Notes under the pieces: model-generated
What the model was told of the DNA's origin: nothing
Seen by the model: only the letters and a program-made list of their open reading frames with translations
Databases searched by the model: none
Origin: Mytilus californianus
Taxonomy: Eukaryota
Direction of reading: 5' to 3'
Assembly: GCF_021869535.1 (NCBI RefSeq)
Contig: NW_026262637.1
Coordinates: 30,566,001 to 30,630,000 of the forward strand
DNA: 64,000 nt
Part shown: positions 11,850 to 23,812 of the stretch, in pieces
Position numbering within the stretch: the stretch's first letter is position 1
Layout of the letters: every line of letters begins with the position of its first letter
Made by a program: the position numbers and the translations under genes

Positions 11850-13126
11850 ATAAGATAACTATATTTGGTATGTACGTACCTTGCAAGGTTCTCATGCCTG
11901 TCAGACAGTTTTCACTTGACCTCGACCTCATTTCATGGATCAGTGAACAAGGTTAAGTTTTCGTGGTCAAGTCCATATCTCAGATACTATAAGCAATAGG
12001 TCTACTATATTTGGTGTATGTAATGATTGTAAGGTGTACATGTCCAACTGGCAGGTGTCATCTGATCTTGACCTCATTTTCATGGTTCATTGCTCAATGT
12101 TAAGTTTTTGTGTTTTGGTCTCTTTTTCTAATACTGTATGCAATAAGTTAAATATATTTGGTGTATGGAAATATTTTACGATGTTTATCTTTCTTGGTAC
12201 ATTAATTTGATCATCAACATACATGGCAGTCTGGCAGGTTTTATTTGACCTTGACCTCATTTTCACGGTTCATTGCTCAATGTTAAGTTTTTGTGTTTTT
12301 GTCTGTTTTTCTAATACTGTATGCAGTAGGTCAACTATATTTGGTATATGGAAATATTTTACGATGTACATGTCAGTCTGGCAGGTTTTATTTGACCTTG
12401 ACCTCATCATGGTTCATTGCTCAATGTTAAGTTTTTATGTTTTGGTGTGTTTTTCTAATACTGTATGCAATACAATGTAGGTCAACTATATTTGGTGTAT
12501 GGAAATATTTTACGATGTACATGTCAGTTTGGCAGGTTTTATTTGACCTGAACCGCATTTTCACTTATCATTGCTTATGTTAAGTTTTTGTGTTTTTGTC
12601 TGTTTTTCTTAAACTCTAAGCAATAGGTCAACTATATTTGGTGTATGGAATGATTGTAAGGTGTATATGTCTGTCTGGCAGGTATCATCTGACCTTCACC
12701 TCATTTTCATGGTTCATTGGTCAATGTTCAGTTTTCCTGGTTAACTTTGTTTCTTAGATACTATAAACAATAGGTCAACTATATTTGATGCATGGAATGA
12801 TTTTAGGGTGTACATGTCTGTCTGTGGCAGGGTACATCTGACCTTGACATCATTTTCATGGTTCATTGGTCAATATAGATTTTCCATGGTTTGGTCTGTT
12901 TCTTTTATACTGTAAGCAATAGGTTATCTATATTCTGTGTATCGAATGATTATATTAAAGGTGTACATGTATTTCTATCTTGGTTTATCTGACCTTGACC
13001 TCATTTTATTGGATCATAAATATTAATGTGATACTTGTAGTAAAACTTTATATACATGTAGGACTATCATCATAAAATCAATGGTCAGTATAGTAGGCGA
13101 GACATTTCAGCATGTGCACTCTTGTT
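11850..13126 (-). mobile_element. HINE-like element with 8 tandem units of about 148 bp
   Basis: GAC(C/A)TCATTTTCATGGTTCATTG-type unit near 11925, 12071, 12254, 12401, 12552, 12698, 12847 and 12998. Terminus AGGCGAGACATTTCAGCATGTGCACTCTTGTT at 13095-13126; the other end looks truncated. Confidence 0.7.
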
Positions 13127-13147
13127 CTAATTCCATGCTTACTATAA

Positions 13148-13340
13148 AAATAAGGAGATGTGGTATGATTGCCAATGAGACAACTATCCACCAAAGTTCA
13201 AATGAAGTGGATGTAAGCAGTTATAGGCAACTGTATGGCCTTCAACAATGAGAAAACCCCATGCCGTATAGTTGGCTATAAAAGGCCCTGACATGAAAAA
13301 TATGAAACAATGCAATTGAGAAAACCAACGGCCTAATTTT
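13148..13340 (+). repeat. Dispersed repeat family (AGATGTGGTATGATTGCCAATGAGACAACT...)
   Basis: Second copy at 17655-17780; reverse fragments at about 2170-2205 and 8605-8635; degenerate fragments near 57600 and 59035. Confidence 0.75.
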
Positions 13341-13586
13341 TAAGTTTTACTTTAAAGTTTTCAAAGTGTTTACTATATAATCATCAAACCACCAAAGCTA
13401 GTAATTAAAACAATCATGGGGACCATTGTAATATTGTTTGAATAGATTTCTAAATATCAAATCAACAGTTATTAAAATTTATTCTCATTGAATACCAATC
13501 TACATGTATTAATGAAGTCTCATAGCATATACTAATCACCAAATATAAAAAATATTAACTTTTTTCCATAAACATGATAGACTTAA

Positions 13587-14177
13587 GGTAGATCATAAGT
13601 ATATACTTTTTGAGATAGAATTTTCTTATACTTTGCCAAAAGGAAGATTTTACTATGCTTTTTTCAAAAATATAATAAAAAGTATGGGTCACCGTGCTAT
13701 TTTCCAAGCTATGAGTCGTTGAAAATTGCCTAAATTTGGTTAGATTGTTCATGAAAAAACACATTTGTGTGCATAAAAAAAATTCTATGAGATAGAATTT
13801 TAAAATAAATTGTAAGAAGATAGGTTTTATAATATGTTTTAAAAAAATAAAAAGAAAATATGGTGTCACCGAACTTGTTTTCTTGCTACAAGTAAAAATA
13901 AAAAAATTCCCTATCAGTCCAGTATATATTTTTTACTAAAAGATTTATCTCCCCTTAAATGGCTTATTTGAAAAAAATGATTCTAAAAACACAAAATTTG
14001 ATATTTGTTTAAATATTTTGAATAATACAATAAATCACCAAGTTTTCTTTATATAAATAAACAATCTAACCATTGAACTGCAAATCTGTCTCCAAATTTG
14101 CAGATTTGGGCAAATAACTAGACCAATTTTGTACTGAGATTGTACAATCCAAGATGGCGGTATACCATGAATCTACC
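13587..14177. mobile_element. Non-autonomous DNA transposon with TTAA target duplication (Kolobok-like MITE, 591 bp)
   Basis: TTAA|GGTAGATCATAAGTATATAC ... GTATACCATGAATCTACC|TTAA. Imperfect TIRs, GG...CC termini, TTAA at 13583-13586 and 14178-14181, no transposase. Confidence 0.75.
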
Positions 14178-14677
14178 TTAAAGGAAACAAAAACATAAAT
14201 TTATAAAATCCAAAATTGGTTCTGTGCCAATCTTTTTAAAATACAGATCCTTATTAATTATTTTTAGTTAATGTTTTGCAAATGATATATACATGTTCTG
14301 TTCTGTATACATGTATGTATGATCCTCTGTTTTATATGGGAGAGCTCCCAATTTAGATACAGTTTTTACACTTACATGTGACTTACAAGTTAACATATAT
14401 TAACAAGGATTTTTACATAGTGTGAAGATATGCTAAAATTAAAAATACAATGTACATGTATATATATAATATGTGTGCTTTAACAAATCAAAACTGCTAT
14501 TTAAAATCAAATATCTATAATATTGAGCTTTTAATAAGATTCAATAATTCAAAACCGTTTGATAGCATTGATGATAATATCTTTACTTTACTTTGTAGAA
14601 TAGAAAGAAATAGAAAAACAAAAAATAGCAACAACAAAATTGTACCAGTGCCAAAAACAATTAAAAACATAGTAAAA

Positions 14678-15034
14678 ATGTCTGCAAGTACAAGAGAACA
14701 GGCTAAGCAATACTTAGCGGCACACAAAATACCACAGATGTTTGAAAGTCTACTTAGCTGTCTTATGATTGAGAGACCAGATGATCCGGTCAATTATATA
14801 GAGAAAAAAATGTCTGAAATCAAACAAATTGGACTAGATAAAGTAAACTGGGAAACTTTTGTTTTCCATCTACATCCATACAGATATCCTGTACGCTTAG
14901 CAAATATTCATGATGGCAGTAAGTATGACAAAGAGAGAGAGCAAGAAGAGGAAACACTCGCAGAGATGCAACGTGAAAAGAGTATGGGAGAAAACTACAA
15001 ATCAGATGTGTTTAAACTTACTGAAGCTCAATAA
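14678..15034 (+). CDS. 118-aa protein with an AK5-type RIIa/Dpy-30-like dimerisation/docking (D/D) domain and a charged C-terminus
   Basis: AKQYLAAHKIPQMFESLLSCLMIERPDDPVNYIEKKM...DKVNWETFV matches my recollection of the adenylate kinase 5 N-terminal D/D module. The acceptor CTTTACTTTGTAG at 14597-14598 makes the ORF-track start (14450) intronic. The upstream 26 codons are open, so an N-terminal extension from an upstream exon is possible. Confidence 0.8.
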   Translation: MSASTREQAKQYLAAHKIPQMFESLLSCLMIERPDDPVNYIEKKMSEIKQIGLDKVNWETFVFHLHPYRYPVRLANIHDGSKYDKEREQEEETLAEMQREKSMGENYKSDVFKLTEAQ

Positions 15035-17654
15035 TGACACATTCATTCTAGTTTATTAGCATTTATAAAATGAAAATCATGTAATGAATATTCAGGGACA
15101 CTGTCTGTCATTTACTGTACTTAATTACTAGTCTTTTTTTCTTTTGTTGTAAGCCTTTTTTCATTGCCTGTATTAAGTTTTGTTCAGTAGCTGATTTTCA
15201 AGTGTAGTACTCAGCATAATTTATAAGTATTAAATGGAGGAGGTATGTTAAGATCTTTTATTTGGCCACTGAAGTTGCTAAAGTACTAGTTATTTAATCC
15301 TCTCAAATTTTATAAATGAAAATAACATAATTTCGACTAGAAGTGCAGAAATGTCAGTAGTGATGTAACTTTTATAACAAAAACACATAAAAAATATTTG
15401 ACCTGAAATGACCATGCTGATCATTTTTAAAGATAAGATAAGATAACATCTGGAAATGAGGCCTTTTTTGGCCGTGGAAGTTCTACATTAAAAAACATAC
15501 AAGCAGTTTGAAAACATTCAAGCAAATATGTAAGAAGAAATTTGAAAATTCAAACTAGTAATTTCAGCCAGTGTTAGTGTATTGTGAATAACTTGATAGT
15601 TTAATGATACTTTTATTATCAAATTTGAGGGGCTTAAAAAGTGGTCTTATTATACCTTCTCCATAACATTTATAAAGCAGTTATGATAAGTTGTGTGCCT
15701 TATAGAAATAAAATTGAAAATAATTGAGGGCATTGAAAAATTTAGAGGAATTTTTTTAGCCTCTTAATAAATGTATGTATGTAAAAGTTGATAATGGTAA
15801 GAGAAACTATGCTAATGGAATATTTTGTAAATCAATAAGTTGTACATTTTTTTTTGTTATATATTGTTTGGGCTAGTTAACTTCTTATATTAATGGAATA
15901 ATTCTGTGTGCATGTTATAGACAAAAATTGGCAAGGTGCTTTAGACATGTTAGAAAAATATTGTCAAATCAAATCATGATAATAAAACTAATAAATTGTA
16001 TTTAATTTAGTTTTATATAAAAAAATTAAATCTTTATTGAGTTGCCATAGTATAGAAAATATTTATTTATGCAATATTTCTAAGAGGCAATATAGGAAAA
16101 TAGTTTCAAGTACAAACATGTACATGTATGAGTATTTATATATTTTTGGACCAGATACCATGTAATTAGCAGTAGATTAGTTTATTTTACTTAAAATAGC
16201 TCAAAATAAGTGCCATTTACTTTGAGAATATAAGAACAAGATTTTTTTGGTATCTTTATTACTAGCACAAAGGACAACTTTTAGTTTCATAATTTTAGAA
16301 CAAGTGTATTTTGTAAATTAATGTTGACAATTTCAGTTGAAAACAATCTCCTTAATATATATTTGTTAACAAGTAAGGACGATGTTGAACTTTTTTTTAT
16401 CTAGGATCAAGTACATGTATGTTTGTGGAATTGTTTTATAACTTACTATTGTTATAAGTACTTTTAAATTAAACATTGTTTTGCTTAATTTTAACAAACA
16501 GCAAATAATTTTCATTACGAAATGTTTGTCTTAAGAGGATATCAATCATTTTGTACATGAATAACGTCTTTGTTTAGTATTATTATATTTTTTTTAACTA
16601 TATCTATCAGTATTTTGTTTTTTCTTTTTAAGCAGTTATCCATAAATTATTCAAGCTTTGTAGATTGTCATAACTACACATAGTAATATTTTAAGCACAT
16701 TTAACTAAAAATTGTGTCTATTGCTTAGTGCTTCTCATTTTTGATGATTTTTCTAATTGATCTTTCATACAGCTCATTTTTGCAAAAAATTTAAGTACAA
16801 ATTACTTTTACTTTATAATAATGCATAATTCTTTAGTTTTGCTTTATGTAAAAACGATTTATCTGACTGTTTTTATTTTGATAATCAAAGATAACACAAT
16901 TGATTGCATTCTGAATAATTAATCAACATTGTTTTACAACTCAATCTCTATTCCATGATTCTCGTAAACCCTGTATAGAATTAATATTTTTACTTGACCT
17001 TCTATAATCTAGAGGTACGTTATTTTTTTAATTCATTTGAAAATTTTTACCTTCACCTCATTAATCTGTTTCTCTTTGTGCAATCATGTTTAATAGAGAG
17101 TTTTTATCATTAACTATTTTTGATATGTTTGTTTTTTTGTTTGATAACATTTTTAAGTATCACATTGTTGAATCAGTGGACCAAGCCTTTTATATTTGTT
17201 ATAGATAATGATTTTTACTCTGGTCTAGATTAAGATGTGATGCTTTGACGTACATTTTTTATAATCTTTTCAAGATACATACATGAAATGGTTGAAGTAT
17301 GTATTTTGCAATATTATTTTCATTACAAGTTTTATTTGAATTATTCATATGATATAAACTATAAAAGTACATATTACAGTGATATTATGTTGTTTTTGTA
17401 TGGGTTGTGACAATTGACATAGAAGTGACATAGATGTTATTTTTTTGGTCACATGTGACATTAAGTTAACTTTAACAATTAAGCAGTTGCTTAGCATATT
17501 TTTTTGCATTCAAATCATCGTCAATATTTGACGCCCTGCCCCTCTCAATCATGCATAAGTGACTTTGAAAGGTTATTGATTTGGTGTTGAGTTTACGATT
17601 ATGTATCTTTGTAATACAAGCAATAGTTCCTGGCATATATCCCATTTAAAATAT

Positions 17655-17780
17655 TAAGAAAGATGTGGTATGATTGATAATGAGACTACTCTCCAACAGA
17701 GACCAAATGACGTAGAAGTTAACAACTATATACATCACCATATGGCTTTCAACAATGAGGAAAACCCATACTGCATAGTA
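17655..17780 (+). repeat. Copy of the dispersed repeat family seen at 13148
   Basis: AGATGTGGTATGATTGATAATGAGACTACTCTCCAACAGAGACCAAATGAC...GGCTTTCAACAATGAG. Confidence 0.75.
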
Positions 17781-18089
17781 ATGCTTCTTGAACAAATACA
17801 TTCTGATATTTTAGTGGTGAAGCTTCCATCACTTAATTTATGACCAAGAAATCAGAGAGTAAGAAAGATAAAATGTTATTTGTTTGTACATGATGTATGA
17901 TATAGTAAAGGGTGAAGATTGTTCTTTACATTTGACCTCTCTTCCCATTCAATACACAAATATTTCTCATTCTAGGCTTAGACAGATTGAAAGCATTTGT
18001 CATTTTTTATTTTTTTTTATTCAAATCCCAACAAAGTTATAGATATATTATTTCAGGAAATGGCATGAACAAAAATTCTTGGTTCAAAC

Positions 18090-18480
18090 AAGCAGTTCTG
18101 TGAAACTGACACAAAGATGCTCAATTTTGTTATTGACATCACATTTGTTTCAGGGGGCCTCGGTGGCTGAGTGGTCTAAGTAGTTACTACTGTAATCACT
18201 AGCCAGTCAACACTGAGGTTGTGAGTTGCGGGTGCACTCGACTCCAATCTTAATTGACTAGGATTGTCAGTTTTCCTATCGAAGGTCAGTGGTTTTCTCC
18301 GGGCACTCCGGCTTCCTCCATCAATAAAAACTGGCCGCCACGAAATAGCCCATAAGTGGTGCTTAAAAGTGGCGTAAAAAACACAAAAAAATCAAAAACA
18401 AAATCATTTGGTGGGTGTGTTTTTCAACAGAAATTTGGCATTCCTATGAGAACCAATCGTTCTCCTTTTCACCCGTAGTT
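18090..18480 (+). mobile_element. Degenerate Penelope-like RT fragment, split by a SINE
   Basis: The SINE flanks read approximately ETD..KML.FVIDITFVSFGGCVFQQKFGIPMRTN.SP, matching the PLE RT motif Q..G.PMG...SP. Confidence 0.55.
18152..18405 (+). mobile_element. tRNA-derived SINE with a V-domain-type core; B box deleted
   Basis: A box GGTGGCTGAGTGGTCTAAG; the B-box region is collapsed (GAGTT/GCGGGTGCACTCG); core GGTTTTCTCCGGGCACTCCGGCTTCCTCCA...AAAACTGGCCGCCACG; A-rich tail. Confidence 0.8.
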
Positions 18481-18489
18481 GTTCCTTTA

Positions 18490-19075
18490 TTAGCTCACCT
18501 GGCCCACAGGGTCAAGTGAGCTTTTCTCATCACTTGGCGCCATTCGTCCGTCGTCATCGTCTGTTAACTTTTACAAAAATCTTCTCCTCTGAAACTAATG
18601 GGCCAAATTTAACCAAACTTTGCCACAATCATCATTGGAGTATGTAGTTTAAATTATGTGTCTGAAGACACGGCCTGCCAACCAAGATGGCCGACATTGC
18701 TTGAAATAGAACATTGGGGTAAAATGCAAGTTTTGTCTATTATTTTGAAAACCGTTATAAATAGACAAAATCTGACTGGAGCAAAAATGTTCACAATGTT
18801 GAGCTCTACCAATTGTCCATATACGTCAAAATGTCTTCTTATAGGAGTTATTGCCCTTAAATGACAAATTTTACCTTTTTTTTCATTTTCACCTATTATC
18901 TTGAAAACTATAATAGATAGAGAGAAACTTTATATTGCAAACATCATCAGGAAGACAAGTTCTACAAATAAGTCTGCATGGTCGAAATCATCAGTTGACT
19001 CCTTATTAGAGTTATTGCCCTTTGATGACGATTTTTATCAATTTTTTGCGTTTTTGCCTTATAATATATACCGGG
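18490..19075 (-). mobile_element. HINE-like element, truncated
   Basis: Terminal hairpin TAGCTCACCTGGCCC-ACA-GGGTCAAGTGAGCT and a GTC-rich microsatellite, reverse-complementary to 8440-8512, followed by GAGTTATTGCCCT-containing units. Confidence 0.75.
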
Positions 19076-19379
19076 GCTTATATCTTAAAAATTGTAATAG
19101 ATTTGACATTTTGGCAATTTTGGATTTTCTATATTTTTTTTTAGAACAAAAAGCATATTATTTCAACTTCATTGTTATAAATGATTGAAAAAATACATAT
19201 CTAAGAATTTTGAAAAGAAAAAATTGATATTAGATGTACAAATTTTTGGTAAAATCATTTCTTTGTACCCCTCATCCATTTTCTCAACATTTTGGCAGAT
19301 GCCAATTTTATACCCAAAAACTACTTATTGCAAGTACACAATTTGTTCACAGAGTTTAGTTTGATTGTAATATTTTTTG

Positions 19380-19760
19380 AATTCATTGATATTTTCCACT
19401 TGTAACACATGTTTTGGAAATAATTCCTGAACGAGATTTCAACAAGACTAAAACATTAGAAGAATGCATCCTGAAGTATTGTTTTCTGGACTTTGAATCT
19501 AATAGAGGAAGTTTTGTTTGAGAACTGATATTAGCAACAAATGAGATGATTTTAATTTTCCCGTTGTCAAATTTTCCTTTAAATGAAGTTCCATTTCTGC
19601 TCCCCTTAATAGAGAGTTGCTGTTGACAAGGAAACTACTGAACCAAGGGTTTGTAATTGAAAAGCTGAAGAAGTCCTTTGAAAATTATTTACACAATTTA
19701 GATTCAGTTTAATATTTGTGTCAAAGATGGCCAAGGCTATGTTCAAATTAATCCTTTCTT
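19380..19760 (+). mobile_element. Degenerate Penelope-like RT fragment
   Basis: Reads approximately ...DDFNFPVVKF...RELLLTRKLLNQGFVIEKLKKSF; same family as 22000-22340 and 27060-27600. Confidence 0.55.
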
Positions 19761-19908
19761 CCTTTCATAGTTAATGGCATCAAGGTATATGCAACTTATA
19801 ACCTGATTTTATTTTTTTACTGGGATTTATTGTTGTTTAATCATTATTGTTGTTGATAGTGTATTGTGAACTTGTTCTTATGGTTTTTGATTACCTACTA
19901 GGTATCAT

Positions 19909-20161
19909 TTAGGGAGCTACCATTTGATTTTTATGGGGGGGCTAGGATGAAAAATTTTGTACTGCTTTTTTTTTTAGTTGTAATCTCTGTCCTGCCTTTT
20001 TATTTTTTACTCTATTCGATCCTGCCTTTTTTTTTACTAGTTTATCATGAATTTTTTTACACAAATTGTCATCCTGCCTTTTTTTTTTTACAAGTTGCTC
20101 ATCCTGCCTTTTTTTTTACTCAAAACTCCTGTCCTGCCTATTTTTTTCAAATTTCATCCTA
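19909..20161 (+). mobile_element. MITE with internal (TCCTGCCTTTTTTT)n repeats; right TIR truncated
   Basis: Left end TTAGGGAGCTACCATTTGATTTTTATGGGGGGGCTAGGATGAAA. The right side keeps only TTTCATCCTAG, complementary to CTAGGATGAAA. About 6 internal repeats. Confidence 0.55.
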
Positions 20162-20714
20162 GGTAGATTAGGGTATAGAAATATGGTCATCTGAACCACT
20201 TCCATCCATCAATAACCCCCTCCCTATAGAGACCATGTTCAGTTTCGTATGAAGTATATAAGTATAATGGCACAGACTAGTCCAGACAGAAGGGTTGATG
20301 GTCTTAAATTCGGTGCCTCTTATAAGCAGTTTGTCAAGTTTTCTGTCCATTAATGAATCATTGCAATAAATCTTTCAGAGGTTCACATGTGGCCTGTTAT
20401 AGGCAGCATTGCTGTCCCTTTCCAACATATCTTCTCTTTCCAATGTCAGTCCAAATTTCTCATCCTTCATCATTATCAATTCATTTTGCAGAACCTGCAT
20501 ACTGGATTTATAAACTCATCCGGCTCTATGCTACATGAGCTATTATTGCTATCTATGTCTGTCATATGTACAGAATGTTCATCTCTGAAACCGCTGAGCG
20601 AATTTCAACAAAACTTGGCCTGAATGAGCCTAATGATATCTAGTATAACGTTTGTCCTGTTTGTCCTCACCTTATATAGATCAGAGATAATTATCTAATA
20701 AGATCTAATAAGAG

Positions 20715-20935
20715 ATGAGCCTCCTCATTGGGTTTTTGATTAAGTGATTACGTGGATGTTTTTACAGTGATTATTTGATTACCAGACCAAATATTTCATG
20801 ATTATTTGATTATCTAGGACTGTATTTTTGATTATTTGATTATCTTGTTTAAAAAAATAATTAATAATTATGTGATTATATTGGCAAAAAAATTCTGATT
20901 ATATGTGATTACTTGGACACCCCCTTGAGGGCCTC
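20715..20935. repeat. Probable MITE relic with (GATTATTTGATTA)n internal repeats
   Basis: About 6 GATTA(T/C)-rich units ending GTGATTACTTGGACACCCCCTTGAGGGCCTC. Confidence 0.4.
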
Positions 20936-20939
20936 AGAG

Positions 20940-21905
20940 ATATTGCCCCAGCCTCAAATGACGATTTTTTCCCATAGCAATTTTGCAATTATCTTGAAGT
21001 AGTAAATAGAGAGTAATGGTCAGCAAAATAATCAGCAAATAAATATCTACAAATAAGTCACACATAACCGAAGTTGTCCATCGCTTCCTTCAATGAGTTA
21101 TTGCCCTTGAATGACAAGTTTTGACAATTTTAGGTTTTTTTTGTTATCTTCTTAAAAACTATTATAAATAGAAAAAAAGCAAATAGCAAAAACAATCAAC
21201 CACATAAGATTTAATTCACGTCATCAAATGCCACTTGACTCCTTTTGAGAATTACTGTTCTTAAATGATGATTTTGAATTCTAATCAAAGAATAAAACCG
21301 TCACCAGCAGCGTAGCACAGTGGCGGATAGAGAACTTTTCATAAGGAGGGGGGCTCCAGTCATGCTTCAGTGATTCCCTATATAATCAACCAAATTTTTC
21401 AAACAAAAGGGGGGCCCAGGCCCCCCCTGGATCCGCCTATGTAGCACCAGTATAGCATTGTAAGCATGTGATTATAAATAATTTTATAAAACATTTTTTT
21501 TTAATATGAATTTTACCATAATCGTTCAGACCCCCTGATTACAATCTATTTTCAAGTGGCTACGCAACTGGACACGGTGAACTACATATCAGTAAGATGT
21601 GATCTATAAAAAAAAATCATCTATAGGTGATTGCTTATATTGCTTTTAATAGGTGATTTTTTTACACTAATTTGCTTTTTTTTGGCAATAATCTTTAACA
21701 CAACAATTATTTGTCAGATCTAAAAAAAGATAAAAATGACCAACTAACTCTTGAAAGCTATTCTAGATAGATATCTGATTGAAAACCTCGAAAATTAACA
21801 GTCGGATTTGATCTACAAATAATCAAATATTACAATTGCAATGAAGGTAAAATTAAAGTGATATATGTAATGCCAGGTGAGCGCCAGGGTCTTATAAGCC
21901 TCTTG
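20940..21905 (-). mobile_element. Older HINE-like copy, interrupted by a MITE
   Basis: GAGTTATTGCCCTTGAATGAC units as in 18840-19060, and terminus CCAGGTGAGCGCCAGGGTCTTATAAGCCTCTTG at about 21875-21905. Confidence 0.45.
21318..21441. mobile_element. Short MITE (CAGTGGCGGAT...GGATCCGCCTATG)
   Basis: Imperfect 11-bp TIRs with G/C-tract subtermini, flanked by the direct repeat TAGCA at 21313-21317 and 21442-21446. Confidence 0.65.
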
Positions 21906-21989
21906 CTGTTGATTTGTTTATGCATGAAATATTTGCCACTGGACAATTAGCGAACTATAAATGTGGATTACTCTTTTGTGTCCTGTTAG

Positions 21990-22340
21990 ATGTCCTTAAT
22001 AGAAGGTTACTGCTGTTGCATCAAGAGTTCCAAATGATAAAGTCATTAGTTGAAGTCATCTCTTCATAAGTTTTACAGACGCAGCCATTATTTGGCCGAT
22101 TGTTATGGAATATCTGTGTCACAGACCATGGATATCTACCACTTGTAGTAGCCACAATTCCTTATTCTTTTCCTCGATTATGACATTACCTATTGAGACT
22201 GGTCGCCTGATTTCTACTTACGTGAGCAATACAGCTGTTGAGCAGGAACTGAATGTGATAATCTTTCAGGAACACCTGAGTTCAACCCAAATTTTGGTGG
22301 GGTTCGTGTTGCTGAAATATTTGTTTTCGGTGTAATGTGT
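21990..22340 (+). mobile_element. Penelope-like element 3' fragment
   Basis: Shares GGAACACCTGAGTTCA.CCCAAATT.TTGGT.GGGTT with 27465-27510. Confidence 0.55.
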
Positions 22341-23812
22341 TGTTATTGTTATTTGTTTTTTTCGTCGTTTTTCTATTGGTGATAGTCTGTTTTTATTGGA
22401 CTTATAGTTTTTGTTGTCTTCTCTCTTCCTTTTTTTTCTGAATTAATATGTACATGACATTGGTCGGATCTTACCTTAATCAAATGATTCGGTAATTCTG
22501 GTTATTGACTTGACCCGGTTACCCTAAGTAATACTAGTAATAGTCTAATAGATATAACATTAATGGGAAGGTGTACTTGGCTGTTTAGCAAGTGCAATGT
22601 GACTTTGACCTCAATTATATATGTGGCTTTGTGATTACTTGATCCTTTTAGATTATTTGCTGATGTTTTTTGAGTAAGTAGGTCGGATGTGCCTATTTTG
22701 TGTGTTTGTTTTGTTAATCTTATTTTCATTTCATATTTCAAGAACCCAACGATGTAGGCTGCTGAATTTCAGGGTCGTCTAAATTTTTGATGAGGTGTAC
22801 TTTTTTGCTGTTTTTGGTTTATTTAAAGTTCGCCTGTAGTGTAATGAATAATTGAAATCGAGACAAAGGTGTGCAAAACATCCAGTAACGGTGTAAACTA
22901 AAAGTACCAAGCTCAAATTTTCAGAAAGTTGATTTGCTAAAAAAAAATAAGTTGATAACAGCAGTAAAAGCTCTGTTCCTTTGCTATGAGTTTTGAAATT
23001 TTTTTTTGTCACGAGTCAACACTCGTGTGATCTTTTCCATTACATTGTAAGATAGAAATATCCATGCGACAGAACGGATCAAAGGACCTTCAACACATTT
23101 TGACATTTTATTGATCAACATTAAATTTATGATCAGGTCTGATTCTCAGTTGTATAGTAGTGTTGCAATGTTTCCTGCATGTGTCTTTATGTTTATTTGA
23201 ATGACGAACATCAAGTGTTTTTATGTCGAAAAGTTTCTCTGTTACTGTGATCTCGTTTTTGGTAGTGTGTGTCGGTTGGTTCCTGTTTCGTTGACGTATA
23301 TACCGAACTTATCTTTTTCATTCATATTTATATTCTAAGAGAATTTCATTCGAAAATATTAACACTGAATTCTTCACGTAAAAAACTGTGCTCATATTCA
23401 GTTAAATGTCATGAAAATGCAACAGAACGGATTCATGGCATTCAACCAACAAACGGTAAAAATCAGATTAAACGTATGGTAATTGAATCAATGTCCTGTG
23501 TTTAAAAATAACAACCTATGGATAGTCTTCAGTAAAGATCCGAATTATCAATGCTACATTGCCATTCAAGATGTGCGGTTTATATATTCTAAAAGAACTC
23601 CTACAAACACACCATAGTGTCTTTATTGGATGACGATGAACATTTTCTGGTCCATGGTGATAAAGCAACCGAACGCCATAATCATTAAGGAATGTACTGT
23701 ATGTTTACCCTAAAAGCCCCTAAAACAGAACTTGATAACTTTCTTTTTTTTACAATTCATTCTAAAGCAAATATTTGTAGTTCTCTGAGTGATTATTTTA
23801 ATACTTTAATTT

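Noticed and set aside
14450-14598. 194-aa ORF start from the ORF track
   Set aside because: AT-rich, non-protein-like sequence ending in a strong acceptor at 14598; treated as intron.
15035-17600. Long featureless AT-rich stretch as a hidden gene
   Set aside because: No ORFs or splice-consistent exons found; best explained as 3' UTR or intergenic DNA of the D/D-domain gene.
18152-18230. tRNA gene
   Set aside because: A box present, but the B box/T-arm is deleted and the sequence continues into a SINE core and A-rich tail.
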